A stretch of DNA of 63,608 bases, the filler included, from Reclinomonas americana ATCC 50394 (taxonomy: Eukaryota): the NCBI GenBank assembly GCA_048213135.1. It is 6 parts of 2 records of this genome, joined end to end, with 100 filler letters (N's around TTAATTAATTAA, not from the genome) between each part and the next. Parts side by side here need not be neighbours in the genome. Positions count along the whole stretch, not along the records: positions 10,626 to 22,408 come from PS015030.1; positions 22,509 to 39,293 come from PS015030.1; 4 more parts are not named here. The stretch is one strand, 5' to 3'. This document shows, in pieces, positions 12,701 to 25,579 of the stretch. The notes beneath the pieces were generated by a model. It was not told the origin of the DNA, searched no databases, and was given only the letters and a program-made list of their open reading frames with translations. Made by a program: the position numbers and the translations under genes. Every line of letters begins with the position of its first letter. Position 1 is the stretch's first letter.

Positions 12701-14663
12701 ATGGTGCGTGGGTGGGAAAGGGAGGAGAAGATAGGGAAGGGGGAGAGACGGAAAGGGAAGGGGAAAGGATTTTCTGTCTGGAAGGGTAAAGGGCAAAGCG
12801 AGGAGGGTTAGCGATGGAAGGGGGGAACCCATGGAGTAGATGGGAAAGAGTGGGATGTGAAGGGAAAGTGGAGAGGGCCAAGTGGAGGGTAGACTGTGAA
12901 ACGGGAAGGGAGAAGGGAGTTACCAGAAGGAGGAGAGATTTAAAGGAGGCAGAGGTACAGGGCAAGTATAAAAGGAAGACGGGCAGATGTATCGAGGGTG
13001 CGGAGTGAGGAGTGGGGAATGGAGGAGACGGGAATGGAGGGGAAAGGGAAGAGGCGAAGAGCGAAAGCCGAAGGGTTAAGGCAGTGTCGTCAAGAGTCCA
13101 ACATCAGGCGCTGGGTGACGGGAATGGAGGGAGGGCTGTGGGGGAAGGGTGAATCTTTCAGAGTCTTGCCAGAGAGAGTGAGCAAATTTCATCTATATAT
13201 CTTCTNNNNNNNNNNNNNNNNNNNNCTTTCTCATAGAGAGTGGATCCAAAAGAGAGAAGAACAGAGTTTTCTTCACAGAGCAGTGTTCTCAAGGGTTACG
13301 CAGTTTGCATTAGCCTGTCGTTCTTACCCGTTCTATGACGTTGTTGTTGAGCATTGTTGGCTGTGCAGAGTTTACTTTTTCTATGTATTCTCGTTGTCTC
13401 TCTCCCTCTCGTTGCGGCAGATGTTAAGAACAGTTGCGCTATGGGAGATGAAAGTACAGTACTGACAATGCCAATCTGCGTTTGCAGCATCGAATTCAAG
13501 TTGTTCAACGGTGCAAAATGGAGTTGTGGCTCGTTGCGTTACTTGCGGAATTCTGCTTGCTCCACTGTCGGCCGTCTCACTCTCCATCGCGTCGAGCAGC
13601 GGCGTTGGAAGTGTGCCAGTTCGAGGCAGTAGATCGACCTGGCGGCACAATCTTGAGTGTGTCGCCTTCTGCTCAAAGTGAGGTGGCGTGCTGCGAACTG
13701 TGCGATCGGACCTCGCAATGCCGGTCGTGGGTATTCCTGGATGCTGCTGCGGCGTCGAATACTTCTGGCGTAAATTTGTGCACGATCAAGGCACGTGGAT
13801 GGTGGTGATNNNNNNNNNNNNNNNNNNNNNNNNNNNNNNNNNNNNNNNNNNNNNNNNNNNNNNNNNNNNNNNNNNNNNNNNNNNNNNNNNNNNNNNNNNN
13901 NNNNNNNNNNNNNNNNNNNNNNNNNNNNNNNNNNNNNNNNNNNNNNNNNNNNNNNNNNNNNNNNNNNNNNNNNNNNNNNNNNNNNNNNNNNNNNNNNNNN
14001 NNNNNNNNNNNNNNNNNNNNNNNNNNNNNNNNNNNNNNNNNNNNNNNNNNNNNNNNNNNNNNNNNNNNNNNNNNNNNNNNNNNNNNNNNNNNNNNNNNNN
14101 NNNNNNNNNNNNNNNNNNNNNNNNNNNNNNNNNNNNNNNNNNNNNNNNNNNNNNNNNNNNNNNNNNNNNNNNNNNNNNNNNNNNNNNNNNNNNNNNNNNN
14201 NNNNNNNNNNNNNNNNNCGAAGAGAGTGTGGATATGACAAGCTCACCCTCTCGCTGCATGCAGAGCACTGTGCCAGCGACGGCCGCCAATGCCGAGACCA
14301 GCAACATTTGTGGCTCGCATTTCTGCTTGGTGTCGGGACGCAAGACGAGTGCGGCTGCGTACGACAGCAGCGGCTTCCAGACCAGCACGGGTGAGTGGTA
14401 GAGATGAGAGATGAAAGAGGATCGTGACTGGTGTGGCTTATTGCTGGCATGCAGATCGACCTGGTGGCGATCTCACGTGGGCCATCAAGACAACCACCGG
14501 ACCACAAGCCTGCTCACTGTGGTGCTCACAGTTGACTGCGTGCGGCTCGTGGACCTTTACGGCGTCGACCAAGCAGTGTGTGCCGAAGAACGGTGTGGTG
14601 GCCACGTCGACGGCGACCGCGTGTGCGACGAGCGGCGACTGCACGTCGGGGTTGAAGATCTGA
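6745..14663 (+). CDS. Large secreted multidomain protein, paralogue A: signal peptide, [FN3-like domain with inserted NHL propeller, cadherin-like] x2, cadherin-like, IPT/TIG-like, cadherin-like, 2x PAN/apple
   Basis: Signal peptide MRVPLSVLLVILLALAITA; NHL blades VTTLAGNG..G.ADxxG.AAxFNxPxxIAVD; FN3-like halves SATLNAWVNPN...YEW and LTGLVSNWTYYYRAVG...SFTT; cadherin-like NVAPTNI...TTDVNAGQSFTYSIVGG...VRSTDNG; PAN domains DRPGG...ACCELCDRTSQCRSWVF and DRPGGD...CSLWCSQLTACGSWTF...SGLKI*. About 23 introns. The link to the PAN exons runs through a 12-nt exon at 13421-13432 and is inferred. Confidence 0.8.
9290..9540. repeat. (CTT/CTTGTT)n microsatellite in an intron of paralogue A (homologous tract at 17530-17710)
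   Basis: Direct read. Confidence 0.85.
10570..10581. other. Artificial assembly linker TTAATTAATTAA within N gaps (also 22453-22464, 39338-39349, 49330-49341, 61735-61746)
   Basis: An identical 12-mer with stops in all six frames, always centred in ~100-bp N runs. Confidence 0.95.
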
Positions 14664-15153
14664 TTCATAAACTATGTACATTTGCATATCTCCACTACAG
14701 ATGCAACTCTGGATCCACGCCACAGCGAAAGAGCACGGCCTCGGCATCCTCCACAATAGAGCATCGCATCACCACCTCTGGCAAGCAACGCCGCGAGTCG
14801 CCGTCACCGTCGCGGTGCATCTCCTGCACGACCTGCAAGGCCAGTCGCGTGGCATCGAGACTCGAGCTCACTCGTACTCTGTAGGACTAGGCGCAGATCA
14901 GCTATATCCAACGGCCGACTATGAAGCACTTCTGCCCAATCCTATGGCGTTTCCTGTGTAGACCTTCGTCTTTTCGATACGGTTGAACTTGGTCATCAAG
15001 ACAGCTGTTGCTTGTTTGTTGGTGAATGAATTGTTGTTGTTTGTTTGTAGTTAATCCTACGAGCACTTATTACGTTGGATGAGTTTTGGCGCCAATTTCG
15101 ACCGTTTCCGTTGTCCACTATTTCATACACACACGCACTCATCGCCACCCACC

Positions 15154-15583
15154 ATGCATGTCCCTCTCTGCGTCTTGCTTGTCATCCTGCTGGCTCTCGC
15201 CATCACCGCAAGTTGAGCGTGGTTGTTTTGTATGATCTGTGAAAAACGGGTGTACATCTGACTACTCTCCACTCCCCTTTTGCGTTTCAACAGACGCCCA
15301 GACAGTGACCACCGCCGGCGCCAACAACATCGCTAGCACGTCGGCCACTCTCAATGCATGGGTCAATCCCAACAGCGTTGCTGGAGGCACCACCAACTCC
15401 TACGAGTGGTCTCCATACTCTGCCGCCATTGGTGTCTCCTCCGCCACTGTCTCCGCCTTTGTGGGCACCGCTGGCACAATGGGAGCAACGGATGGCGTTG
15501 GCGCAAGTGCATTGTTCAACGGGCCCTTGGTTTGTGCGCGTGGTTGGTGCGCCTGCCGTGCACTTCTGCTGACATAGCGAGTG

Positions 15584-15640
<57 letters not shown>

Positions 15641-18600
15641 CAGGGACTGGCCTTGGACGCCACAGGCAACGTGTACGTGGGCGATCACGGGTCTGTCATG
15701 CACTCACTCTTCCTGTTGTCTGTCGATTGTTGGTTCGTCTGTCTCTCTCACTCTCACTCTCACTCTCGTGCACATGACAGCAACTGTCGCATTCGACGCA
15801 TCACACCTGCAGCCACAGTAACAACGTTTGCGGGAGGCACATGCGGCTTTGCGGATGGAACAGGAGTGGCAGCTCAGTTCAAAAAGTGCGTTGTCTCTCT
15901 CTTTGTCTCTCTCTCTCTCTCTCCCTTCGCTCACTCGCTCACCGACTCGCAGTGTTTATGGTCTCGCCATTGACCAATCCACTGGCACCATCTATGTAGC
16001 CGATGTGAGTGTTGGTGGCATGCATGATCACACATCATTCATTCTGCTGACTCTGCCTTCGTGCGTCTCTCCCACAGTTAACGAACCACGCTGTGCGTGC
16101 GGTCACCTCCGCGGCCGTGGTCACCACGTTGGCGGGAAACGGAGCGTCGGGGAGTGCCGATGGCACGGGTGCAGCAGCGTCCTTCAATCAGCCGATGGCT
16201 GTGGCAGTGGATGCCACGAATCAAGTCATCTATGTTGGCGATTGGCTGAACAACACTGTGCGGCGAGTGACCTACGCTGGTGCAGTGACGACCTTTTGTG
16301 GCTCTGCGGGCATGAGTGGCACTGCCGATGGAGCGTGTGCGGGAGCGGCGCGATTTGGTGGTCCCAGCGGCATGCTTCTCGTCGGATCCATGCTGTATGT
16401 TGGTGAGCGCTGTGGGGGAGAGGGGTGGTCTCTGCGATGCCATTCCTATCTGCTCATCTTCGCCTTGTGTTTGGTGTGCGTGCGTGCAGCCGACCGTGTT
16501 AACAACTCCATCCGCGCCATCGACATGGTGGCGATGACGGTGACGACGGTGGCGGGTTCAACGAGCGGCACATCTGGATCCACGGATGCTGTCGGTGAGT
16601 TCATCATCATGAGCAACTCAGTGTGATCCTTTCGTGTTTGCTGAAAGATGCCACCAGGAACGGCCGCTCGCTTTAACACACCCGTGGGAATGGCATATGA
16701 CGCAGGAAACAACGTCATCTATGTTGCCAATGTTGAGTATCTCAGTGTACACCCTCTGCGCGTACGCTGCTTCTTTCTGATTGCGTTTTGCCTTTCGCAG
16801 GCTATCGACGGCACCGTGCGGCAACTCCGACTGTCAGACTCGTCAGTGAGCACGGTTGCTGGCGCGGCGGGCATAGGTGGCACCGCCAACGGCAGCGCTC
16901 TGACCGTCGCACGCTTCAATTGGCCCCACTTTGTCGCCTTCGACGCATCCACGGCATCTGTGCTGGTATCCGATGTCGTTTCACAAACCATCCGTCGCCT
17001 CTCGCTGGCGTCACAATCGGTGTCGGCCACGCCTGCCACTGCCGCTGGCTCTGCCGCCACATCGATCACCGCTTCACTGAGTGGATTGGTGAGCAACTGG
17101 ACATTCTACTATCGCGCCGTCGGCGTCACCTCCACACCCAGCACCGTCAACGGCACCACCGTGTCATTCACCACCACCACCAATGTGGCTCCGACCAACA
17201 TTAGCTGCTCGTCGACGACGTATGTGTCGCCATCGGTAGCGAATCAAGTCGTGTGTGCGCTGCAGACGACGGACGTGAATGTGGGCCAGTCTTTCACGTA
17301 CTCGATTGTCGGTGGCGCCAACAGTGCAGTGTTTTCGATCAGCGGGCAGTCGCTGGTGATTGTGGCGGCGGGGCAAGCGGGCAGCTCGCTGGCGGTGACA
17401 CTTCGGTCAACGGATAATGGATCACCGGCGCTCTTCTTCGACAAGGCGTTCACCATCACCACGGGTGAGGCAACGTGGTGCTGCATCGTCTTCCTTGCTG
17501 TTGTGTTTTTCTCCTGATCTTGTTGCAATCTTTGTTTTTGTTCTTGTTCTTCTTCTCCTCCTCTTCATCCCTCTCCTTCTTCAACTTCTTCTTGTTCTGT
17601 CCCTCGTCCGCAGTCGCTGCCTCCTCCTCCATCAGCTTCTTCTTCTTCTTCTTCTTCTTCTTCTTCTTCTTCTTCTTCTTCTTCTTCTTCTTCTTCTTCT
17701 TCTTCTTCTTNNNNNNNNNNNNNNNNNNNNNNNNNNNNNNNNNNNNNNNNNNNNNNNNNNNNNNNNNNNNNNNNNNNNNNNNNNNNNNNNNNNNNNNNNN
17801 NNNNNNNNNNNNNNNNNNNNNNNNNNNNNNNNNNNNNNNNNNNNNNNNNNNNNNNNNNNNNNNNNNNNNNNNNNNNNNNNNNNNNNNNNNNNNNNNNNNN
17901 NNNNNNNNNNNNNNNNNNNNNNNNNNNNNNNNNNNNNNNNNNNNNNNNNNNNNNNNNNNNNNNNNNNNNNNNNNNNNNNNNNNNNNNNNNNNNNNNNNNN
18001 NNNNNNNNNNNNNNNNNNNNNNNNNNNNNNNNNNNNNNNNNNNNNNNNNNNNNNNNNNNNNNNNNNNNNNNNNNNNNNNNNNNNNNNNNNNNNNNNNNNN
18101 NNNNNNNNNNNNNNNNNNNNNNNNNNNNNNNNNNNNNNNNNNNNNNNNNNNNNNNNNNNNNNNNNNNNNNNNNNNNNNNNNNNNNNNNNNNNNNNNNNNN
18201 NNNNNNNNNNNNNNNNNNNNNNNNNNNNNNNNNNNNNNNNNNNNNNNNNNNNNNNNNNNNNNNNNNNNNNNNNNNNNNNNNNNNNNNNNNNNNNNNNNNN
18301 NNNNNNNNNNNNNNNNNNNNNNNNNNNNNNNNNNNNNNNNNNNNNNNNNNNNNNNNNNNNNNNNNNNNNNNNNNNNNNNNNNNNNNNNNNNNNNNNNNNN
18401 NNNNNNNNNNNNNNNNNNNNNNNNNNNNNNNNNNNNNNNNNNNNNNNNNNTCCACCACCACCACCACCACCAAGTCCCCATCCCCGATTCGTGCTGATGA
18501 TCTCTTTCTTCTTCTTCGATGTGTCACAGCCACCCAATCGCTCGCCACCCTTACGGCCAGCAGTGTGACAACATCGTCGGCGACACTGAATGCCGTGGTC

Positions 18601-19622
18601 GGCAACTCTGTGGCGGCCTCGACAATGACCAACTCGTTCGAGTGGGCGCCGACATCAGCGGCTCTTGGTGTGACGCCAGCCGTGTCGACGTGGGTGGGCA
18701 CGGCGGGTATGTCTGGGTCGACTGATGGCACGGGAGCAGCTGCTCGTTTCAACCAACCGACGGTTCGTCTTCTGCTGCGCTCAGTATGCTTGCGCTTCAG
18801 CTTCGTATCTCATGCAGACTCGTCACCTGCGCAGGGCATCGCCTTTGATGCGTCGGGTACAGCATACGTGTGTGAGTTGCTGAATCACACAGTTCGGCGA
18901 GTGACGAGTGGCGGTGTGGTGACGACGTTTCTGGGAACTGCTGGAATGGCGGGCTTTGTTGACGGGAACGGCGCTGCCGCGCGTCTCAGCCTCCCCACTG
19001 ATGTTTCTATCGACCTGACCACCGGGTATCTGTACATTGATGATGTTGCGTTGCACTTTGCTGTCGATCGAAAGAGTTCTCTCTGCCAGCGCTTGGCTTC
19101 TTATTGTCGCCGCTTTTAGCAAGGAAACCACTCGATCCGCGTGAGCACCGCTTCCGGCTCTGTGTCAACGCTGGCTGGCAACGGGACTCTTGGCACGGCG
19201 AATGGCACAGGGTCAAACGCGAGATTTTTCAATCCACACGGCATCGTGGTGGATTCGTCGAACAAAGCGGTGTATGTTGGTGACTGGCACAACAATGCTG
19301 TCAGAAAGGTGCGTGTGTCTTGCACGTACCATTGCTTTGCAAGTGAACTCAGACCCTGCCTTCCCGTCACACAGGTCACCTATGGCGGCGAGGCGACCAC
19401 CTACTGCGGTACGATGGGGTCGGCGGGCACAGTTGATGGAGCATGCGCATCCACAGCGTTGNNNNNNNNNNNNNNNNNNNNNNNNNNNNNNNNNNNNNNN
19501 NNNNNNNNNNNNNNNNNNNNNNNNNNNNNNNNNNNNNNNNNNNNNNNNNNNNNNNNNNNNNNNNNNNNNNNNNNNNNNNNNNNNNNNNNNNNNNNNNNNN
19601 NNNNNNNCGTCGTACGGTCGTC

Positions 19623-19717
<95 letters not shown>

Positions 19718-21887
19718 TCGGTTATTTGCTGATCAGTCTGGTGAATGACGTGAACCTGTACTTAATACGTGCAGTTGATCGAGATCGACATGCTATTCGG
19801 GTGATCGACATGCTGGCAATGACTGCATCGACTCTTGCGGGTTCTATGACCGGGATTGCAGGGGCGACGGATGCCACGGGTACAGCGGCTCTATTCAACA
19901 TGCCAATTGGCATCCAGGTGGATCGAGGTCGTGGCGTTTTGTACGTTGCCGATGTTGCGTATTGCGCACAGCCATTCGTGCTTGTACATTCTTCATTTCT
20001 TCTCACATAACGCGGCCGTCGCGTACCACTTAAAGTTAAGCAATGCCGCCGTGCGCCAAATCGTCATCAGCACGGGTGCCGTCACAATCATTGCCGGTGC
20101 TGCGGGAGTTGCTGGCACAGCAGATGGGAGCCCACTCACCACCGCTCGTTTCAACAGTCCGGTTCGTTCGTCCCTTGCATGTGGTGCATGAATGTGAACG
20201 CTCACTTTGCAGTTCCAGGTTTATCTGGCATTTGATTCCGCGTCGTCCACGCTGACCATCGTAGGTGCGAGGTTGTTGGCAGATTGTACGATAGCTATGC
20301 TTATGTATCTTAGCATTCTTTTCTCAGATTGGGGAAACCATGCTATCCGCCGACTCACCATTGGCTCCACCACCGTCTCGGCCACCCCGGCCTCCTCTGG
20401 CGTCGCCTCCAGCACCGCCCTTACTGCGTCGCTGACGTCGCTCACCGCCAACTGGACGTACTACTTCCGTGCCATCTCCACATCCACCGTGCCCAGCACC
20501 CTCACTGGCTCCACGATGTCCTTCACGACCTCCAACTCCGTGCCGAGCGACATTGTGTGCTCTGCCACCTATGTCGCGCCGTCGACGGCCAACATGTCTG
20601 TGTGCACGATGAGCACGAGCGACAGCAACGGGAGCCAGTCGTACACGTACATTATCACTGGAGGCGCAAACAGCAGCGTCTTCTCCCTGGGCGGAGGAGG
20701 CGCGCAATTGCAGATCACCTCGGCGGGTCAGTCGAGCAGCCCACTGGCTGTCTCGATTCGCTCGTTCGACAATGGCACGCCTCCCATGTTTGTCGACAAG
20801 ACATTCAGTGTGACGTCAGGTGAGTGAATGATTGATTGGGGGTTTCGTTTGTTTCTTGGTGTGGATGCTGACCTTGTCTTCCCGCAGTGAACAATGCGCC
20901 AACGGCGGTGACACTGAGTGCGAGCTCATACATTCCGCCAAGCACGGCGGGACTGGCGATCGGCACGATGAGCACGAGTGATGTGGACTCGCAGCAGTCG
21001 TTCACGTACTCGGTGGTGGGTGGTGCGAGCAGCGCATTGGTGACGATTGTGTCTGGCAACCAGCTGCAGTTTGCGACTGCTGGTGCGGCGGCGTCGTTGG
21101 TGGTGATTGTGCGCACGACCGACAATGGCAATCCCGCCATGTCATTCGATCAGACCCTCAACATTGCTGGTTTGTTGTTATTGTGATTGTGTGTGTTGTT
21201 GTGATGAACGATTGTGCTGATTTGCCTTGCATGCAGCACCCACTGTGACATCGCTGTCGGCCACCTTTGTGTCGGCACTGGCTGGCCAGTTGATTACACT
21301 GACAGGAACTGGGCTGCTCAATAACTCGGCCGACGCGTCGGCATACGTGTTGGGCACTCCCCTTTGTGGCGCCACGACACCGCCGACAGCCGTGGCCAGC
21401 ACCACCGTCAGCAGCACATTCGGCAGTGCGACCAGCATCACGCTGACTATTGGAGCGGCGGGTGCAGCTGTGGGCACGTACGAGCTGTGCACACGATGGG
21501 CGCCAGCCAAGGGATATGTGGCCGTGACTGCATTCGCGATTGGTGAGGAATGAGAAGAACGCAGCCGGTGTTCTTCTGTCAAAATCAGCTTATCATAATT
21601 CTTCGCAGGGACCGTTGGCCCGAGCGACATTCTGCTGTCGGGCGCGCAGACATACTCGAGTGCATCGGTGCCATTCACCGTGGGCACCCTGAGCATGGTG
21701 GATCTCAACACGGGACAAACGCCGACATTCAGCATCGTGGGTGGCTTGCACTCGGCCCTGTTCAGTCTGGTGGGCGGCAATCAGCTGACGCTGTCGGTGG
21801 CGCCACCGCTGAATCGGCGACTGCAAGTGTTTGTGCAAGTGAGCGATGGGGTGCTGACGTACACCAAGCAGTTCTCGATTGTGTATG
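15154..21887 (+). CDS. Paralogue B of the FN3/NHL/cadherin-like protein, 3' end lost at the gap beginning 22409
   Basis: Exon-for-exon colinear with 6745-12702 and has the same intron positions. Starts MHVPLCVLLVILLALAITA; last visible exon ends TYTKQFSIVY. Confidence 0.85.
19625..19714. repeat. (TG)n microsatellite (other long CA/GA tracts at 31555-31650, 58564-58652, 60306-60378)
   Basis: Direct read. Confidence 0.95.
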
Positions 21888-22629
21888 GTGCGTGGGTGGG
21901 GAAGGGAGGAGAAGATAGGGAAGGGGGAGAGACGGAAAGGGAAGAGGAAAGGATTTTCTGTCTTGGAAGGGTAAAGGGCAAAGCCAGGAGGGTTAGCGAT
22001 GGAAGGGGGGGACCCAGGGAGTAGATGGGAAAGAGTGGGATGTGAAGGGAGAGTGGAGAGGGCCCAATGGAGGGTAGACTGTGAAACGGGAAGGGAGAAG
22101 GGAGTTACCAGAAGGAGGAGAGATTTAAAGGAGGCAGAGGTACAGGGCAAGTAAAAAAGGAAGACGGGCAGATGTATCGAGGGTGTGGAGTGAGGAGAGC
22201 TGGGGAATGGAGGAGACGGGAATGGAGGGGAAAGGGAAGAGGCTAAGAGCGAAAGCCGAAGGGTTAAGGCAGCGTCGTCAAGAGTCCAACAGGAGGCTTT
22301 GGGTGGTGGGAACGAAGAGAGGGCTTTTGGGGAACAAAGAATCCTTCAGGCTTCCTTCGAATTCTCTTCTCTGTTTGAGAGTGAGTGAGCAAGTTTCATT
22401 TCTCTTCANNNNNNNNNNNNNNNNNNNNNNNNNNNNNNNNNNNNNNNNNNNNTTAATTAATTAANNNNNNNNNNNNNNNNNNNNNNNNNNNNNNNNNNNN
22501 NNNNNNNNAGAACGACGTCGAATATTCAGAGATTCTCACGTCTGACTGTGCGCACTCGATTGACAGTGTTTTTTTTTGACTCTGTGTGCGCGCTGAGATC
22601 GACTTTGCTTGGTGCGCGCGCGCGAGTGC

Positions 22630-25548
22630 ATGACTCTCGACTGTCAAACCCTCTTTGACGATGCCATCAGCAGCGATGTTCTCCTCTGTTGCGTCTGACT
22701 CTCCCTCACTCTCTCACTGTCTCTCTCTCACTCTCACTCTGTCTGTCTGTGTGTGCACACAGGGCGACGCGGGTTCTTTGCGGCAATGTATGCCGTGTTT
22801 GCAGTGATGGCTGCGCTGTTTCTGTGGGTGAGTGAAAGAGGAAGAGAGAGAGTGATTGATTGATACCATGCATGCATGCACTCATAACATTGGTGTTTTG
22901 TGTGTACTCTGTGTGAATCCTTCTTAGGCGTTCACTTGCTCTCTCTCTCTCTTCTTACTCTTCCTCTTCTTGCTCTTCATGTGCGAAATGCATAGAGCGC
23001 GGACAGAGGGTTTTATGTGTTCTCAGACACGGACTGTATTTGTTCTTCTTTTGTCGCCACTTTCTCTCTCTTTCTGCTCATTTTCTTGTGTCGTGCACGC
23101 AAGGTAGAGAGTGCACAGAGAGAGAGGGGTGAGTGATTGCATCCTCCATTCATTTCTCCTTCCGCCTCTCAGACAAGGTTGTGCGCTGCGTTCTTCTCTC
23201 CCTTGCCTGTCCTCCAAACACTCGAGCTTGTTCTCTCGTGGGCTCAGTGAGGTCTCCTCCCCTCTGCCTCTCTTCCTAATACTCGAGCTTCTTCTCTTGT
23301 GGGCTCAGTGAGGTCTCCTCCCCACTGCCTATCCTCCAAACACTCGAGCTTGTTCTCTTGTGGGCTCAGTGAGGTCTTGTCTCCGCTGCTCTTCACAACG
23401 CTCGCACCTTCTTTTTTTCCAGGTCTCGTGTCATTTTTCCTTCGCCCTCAGTGGCACTCACCCTCTCCGTTTGCCTCTCTATCTGCTCAGTCGTTCTTCT
23501 CTCTGGTTCCCTCAATAGCAGGCATCTTCGCTCTCCTGTCTTCATGTTGAGGTTCGGTGTCGTTCTCAGTCATGCTCATCGTGGCATTCGCCCTCTCCGT
23601 TTGCTTCTCTATTTGTGCGTGCGGACAGCATGCTCTCAGACTTGTGTGCATTCTTCTTTGTGGTTCCCTCCATGGCACACATCTGCGCTGTGTCTTCATA
23701 ATGAGGGATTTTCTGAGTCATGCTCTTCATGGCATTCGCCCTTCCCCTCTGCTTCTCTTCGGTGCGTGCAGACAGAGGCTTCACATATTCACTATGACAC
23801 CGTTGCCTGCGTTCTTCACTCAAATTCCCTTGCACGAACCGCTGTATTCCCTTCCCCTCTGCTTCTCCTTTGGTGCCTGTGAATAGAGGCTGTGCATCTC
23901 TCTGTGACGCCATTGCGTAGAGTCGCAGCCATGCTCAGATTCTGCACTCCGTGGCACCCGCCCTCTCATTCTTCTTACTCTGTCTTGTTCTTTCTCAGTC
24001 ACAGCAGTGGCTGTGTTCTTCTCTCGCTGCTTTCACGGCACATTCAATTTGCTGATTGCGGGGGTTCGCACCCTTGCTGACGCAAGTCCATGCATTCTCC
24101 TTGGCCGTGCACTCCACATCATTCAAACTCTCGCTCTCGTCTTCATTCCTCTTCTCACTGGCTTTCTCTCTTCCTCTTGCAGCTCATTCTGCAGCACCGG
24201 AGGCGCGATTACATGCGAGCGCGCTCGCATGTGCTGCTGGCCACCATGGTCAGCATCATTTTAGTGGATAATGTGTGGTGAGTGCGAGGGAGGGAGAAGG
24301 GGAGGATAGGACAGGTTCATTCGAGAGAACACGTAAGAGAGAGAGAGAAAGAGCGAGAGAGCTCGCGCGCTCTTTGCGACACAGAAGCGCGCGATTCACA
24401 GTTCAAGAGAGCGTGAGCACGGGTTGCGGACTAACGACTTACGATGCTGGAGCGAAGGACACAGACTGGCAGACACGCAGACACGCAAAACACACTCACA
24501 CACATACACAGATAGACACCCGAAATACGTACACACACAGAGATAGAGAAAGAGAGAGAGGAAGCCGAAGATCCCTCACCCCTTTCCCCTAATTCCCACC
24601 ATCACTCCCTCCCATCCTCATCCCTCCCTTCCCTCCGTCCAGGCTCAGCTCGATTGCCGGCCCACTCCGCGTTCCATGTGGTGCGTTTTGTCAAACCCAT
24701 TGAAACTCCGATCGGGCCCTCTCTTTCTCACCCGCCTTCTGCCACAGGCCTGCTGCTGGCAGAAGACACGATCTTCATCCCCCTCGTGCTGCTGAGTCCC
24801 ATTTTGCGCGCCTTGCGACTCGGAGTGATTGTTGCGTCCGGGGAGATCTAGTGCTCTCTCTTTATCCAAAAAATACGCCTCACCCCTGCCCGGCAGTTCA
24901 ATCGCTCGCAAAACCGTGCCAAGTTGGTCGACCAGGGCTCAACACTTCGCAAAATCTCTGCCTCCTCCTCGTCCTCGAAGAAACTTTCCGTGGCGTCCGC
25001 GGCCAATGGCGCCAACAACGCTCCGCTCCTGCTGACTCCGCGGTCGCGAGCCACCACGCGCAGCAACATGCCCACCGGCGTGCTCTCTGCTCACCGCTGG
25101 TCCCAGCGGCGCATGCTTATCGGCACCGGCATCGCCGCTGTCGTGCTGTTTGTGGCGTGGATCGTGGGCGTCGGTGCCGGCGGTCTCTTTACCATTCCGT
25201 ACGACCGATACGTGCCGAGCAACAATGTGCCGGTGACCGATGCAGTGTGCCTGTGCACGGTTACGCTGCTCAACTGGCACCGCGCCACCAATGCCTTTAT
25301 TTGGGTGGCCGCCCTGACGTACATTGCCATTGGTATTTGGCTGAGAAATGTGCACGACGCGTTCAATGGTGAGGGGTGGGAAGGGAGGCAAAGCCGGGGG
25401 AAGGGAAGGAGGAATTGAGGAAAGAAAGAACTGCGAGGGAGAGAAAAACAGAGAATGTGAACGAGAGGAGGGGAACAGGAGAGACAGAGAAAGAAAGAGG
25501 GAGGAGGGAAAGGAGGTGAAGATCTGAGGTGAGAATCAGAGGCAAGGT

Positions 25549-25579
<31 letters not shown>

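Noticed and set aside
13354-13632. Independent PAN gene with signal peptide MLAVQSLLFLCIL
   Set aside because: The start is TTG and the hydrophobic stretch is a polypyrimidine tract. The exons splice in frame to the upstream gene instead.
14701-14961. 86-codon ORF (MQLWIHATAKEH...) after a CAG
   Set aside because: No recognisable domain and no in-phase donor, and the upstream gene already ends at a typical PAN C-terminus. It may be 3' UTR.
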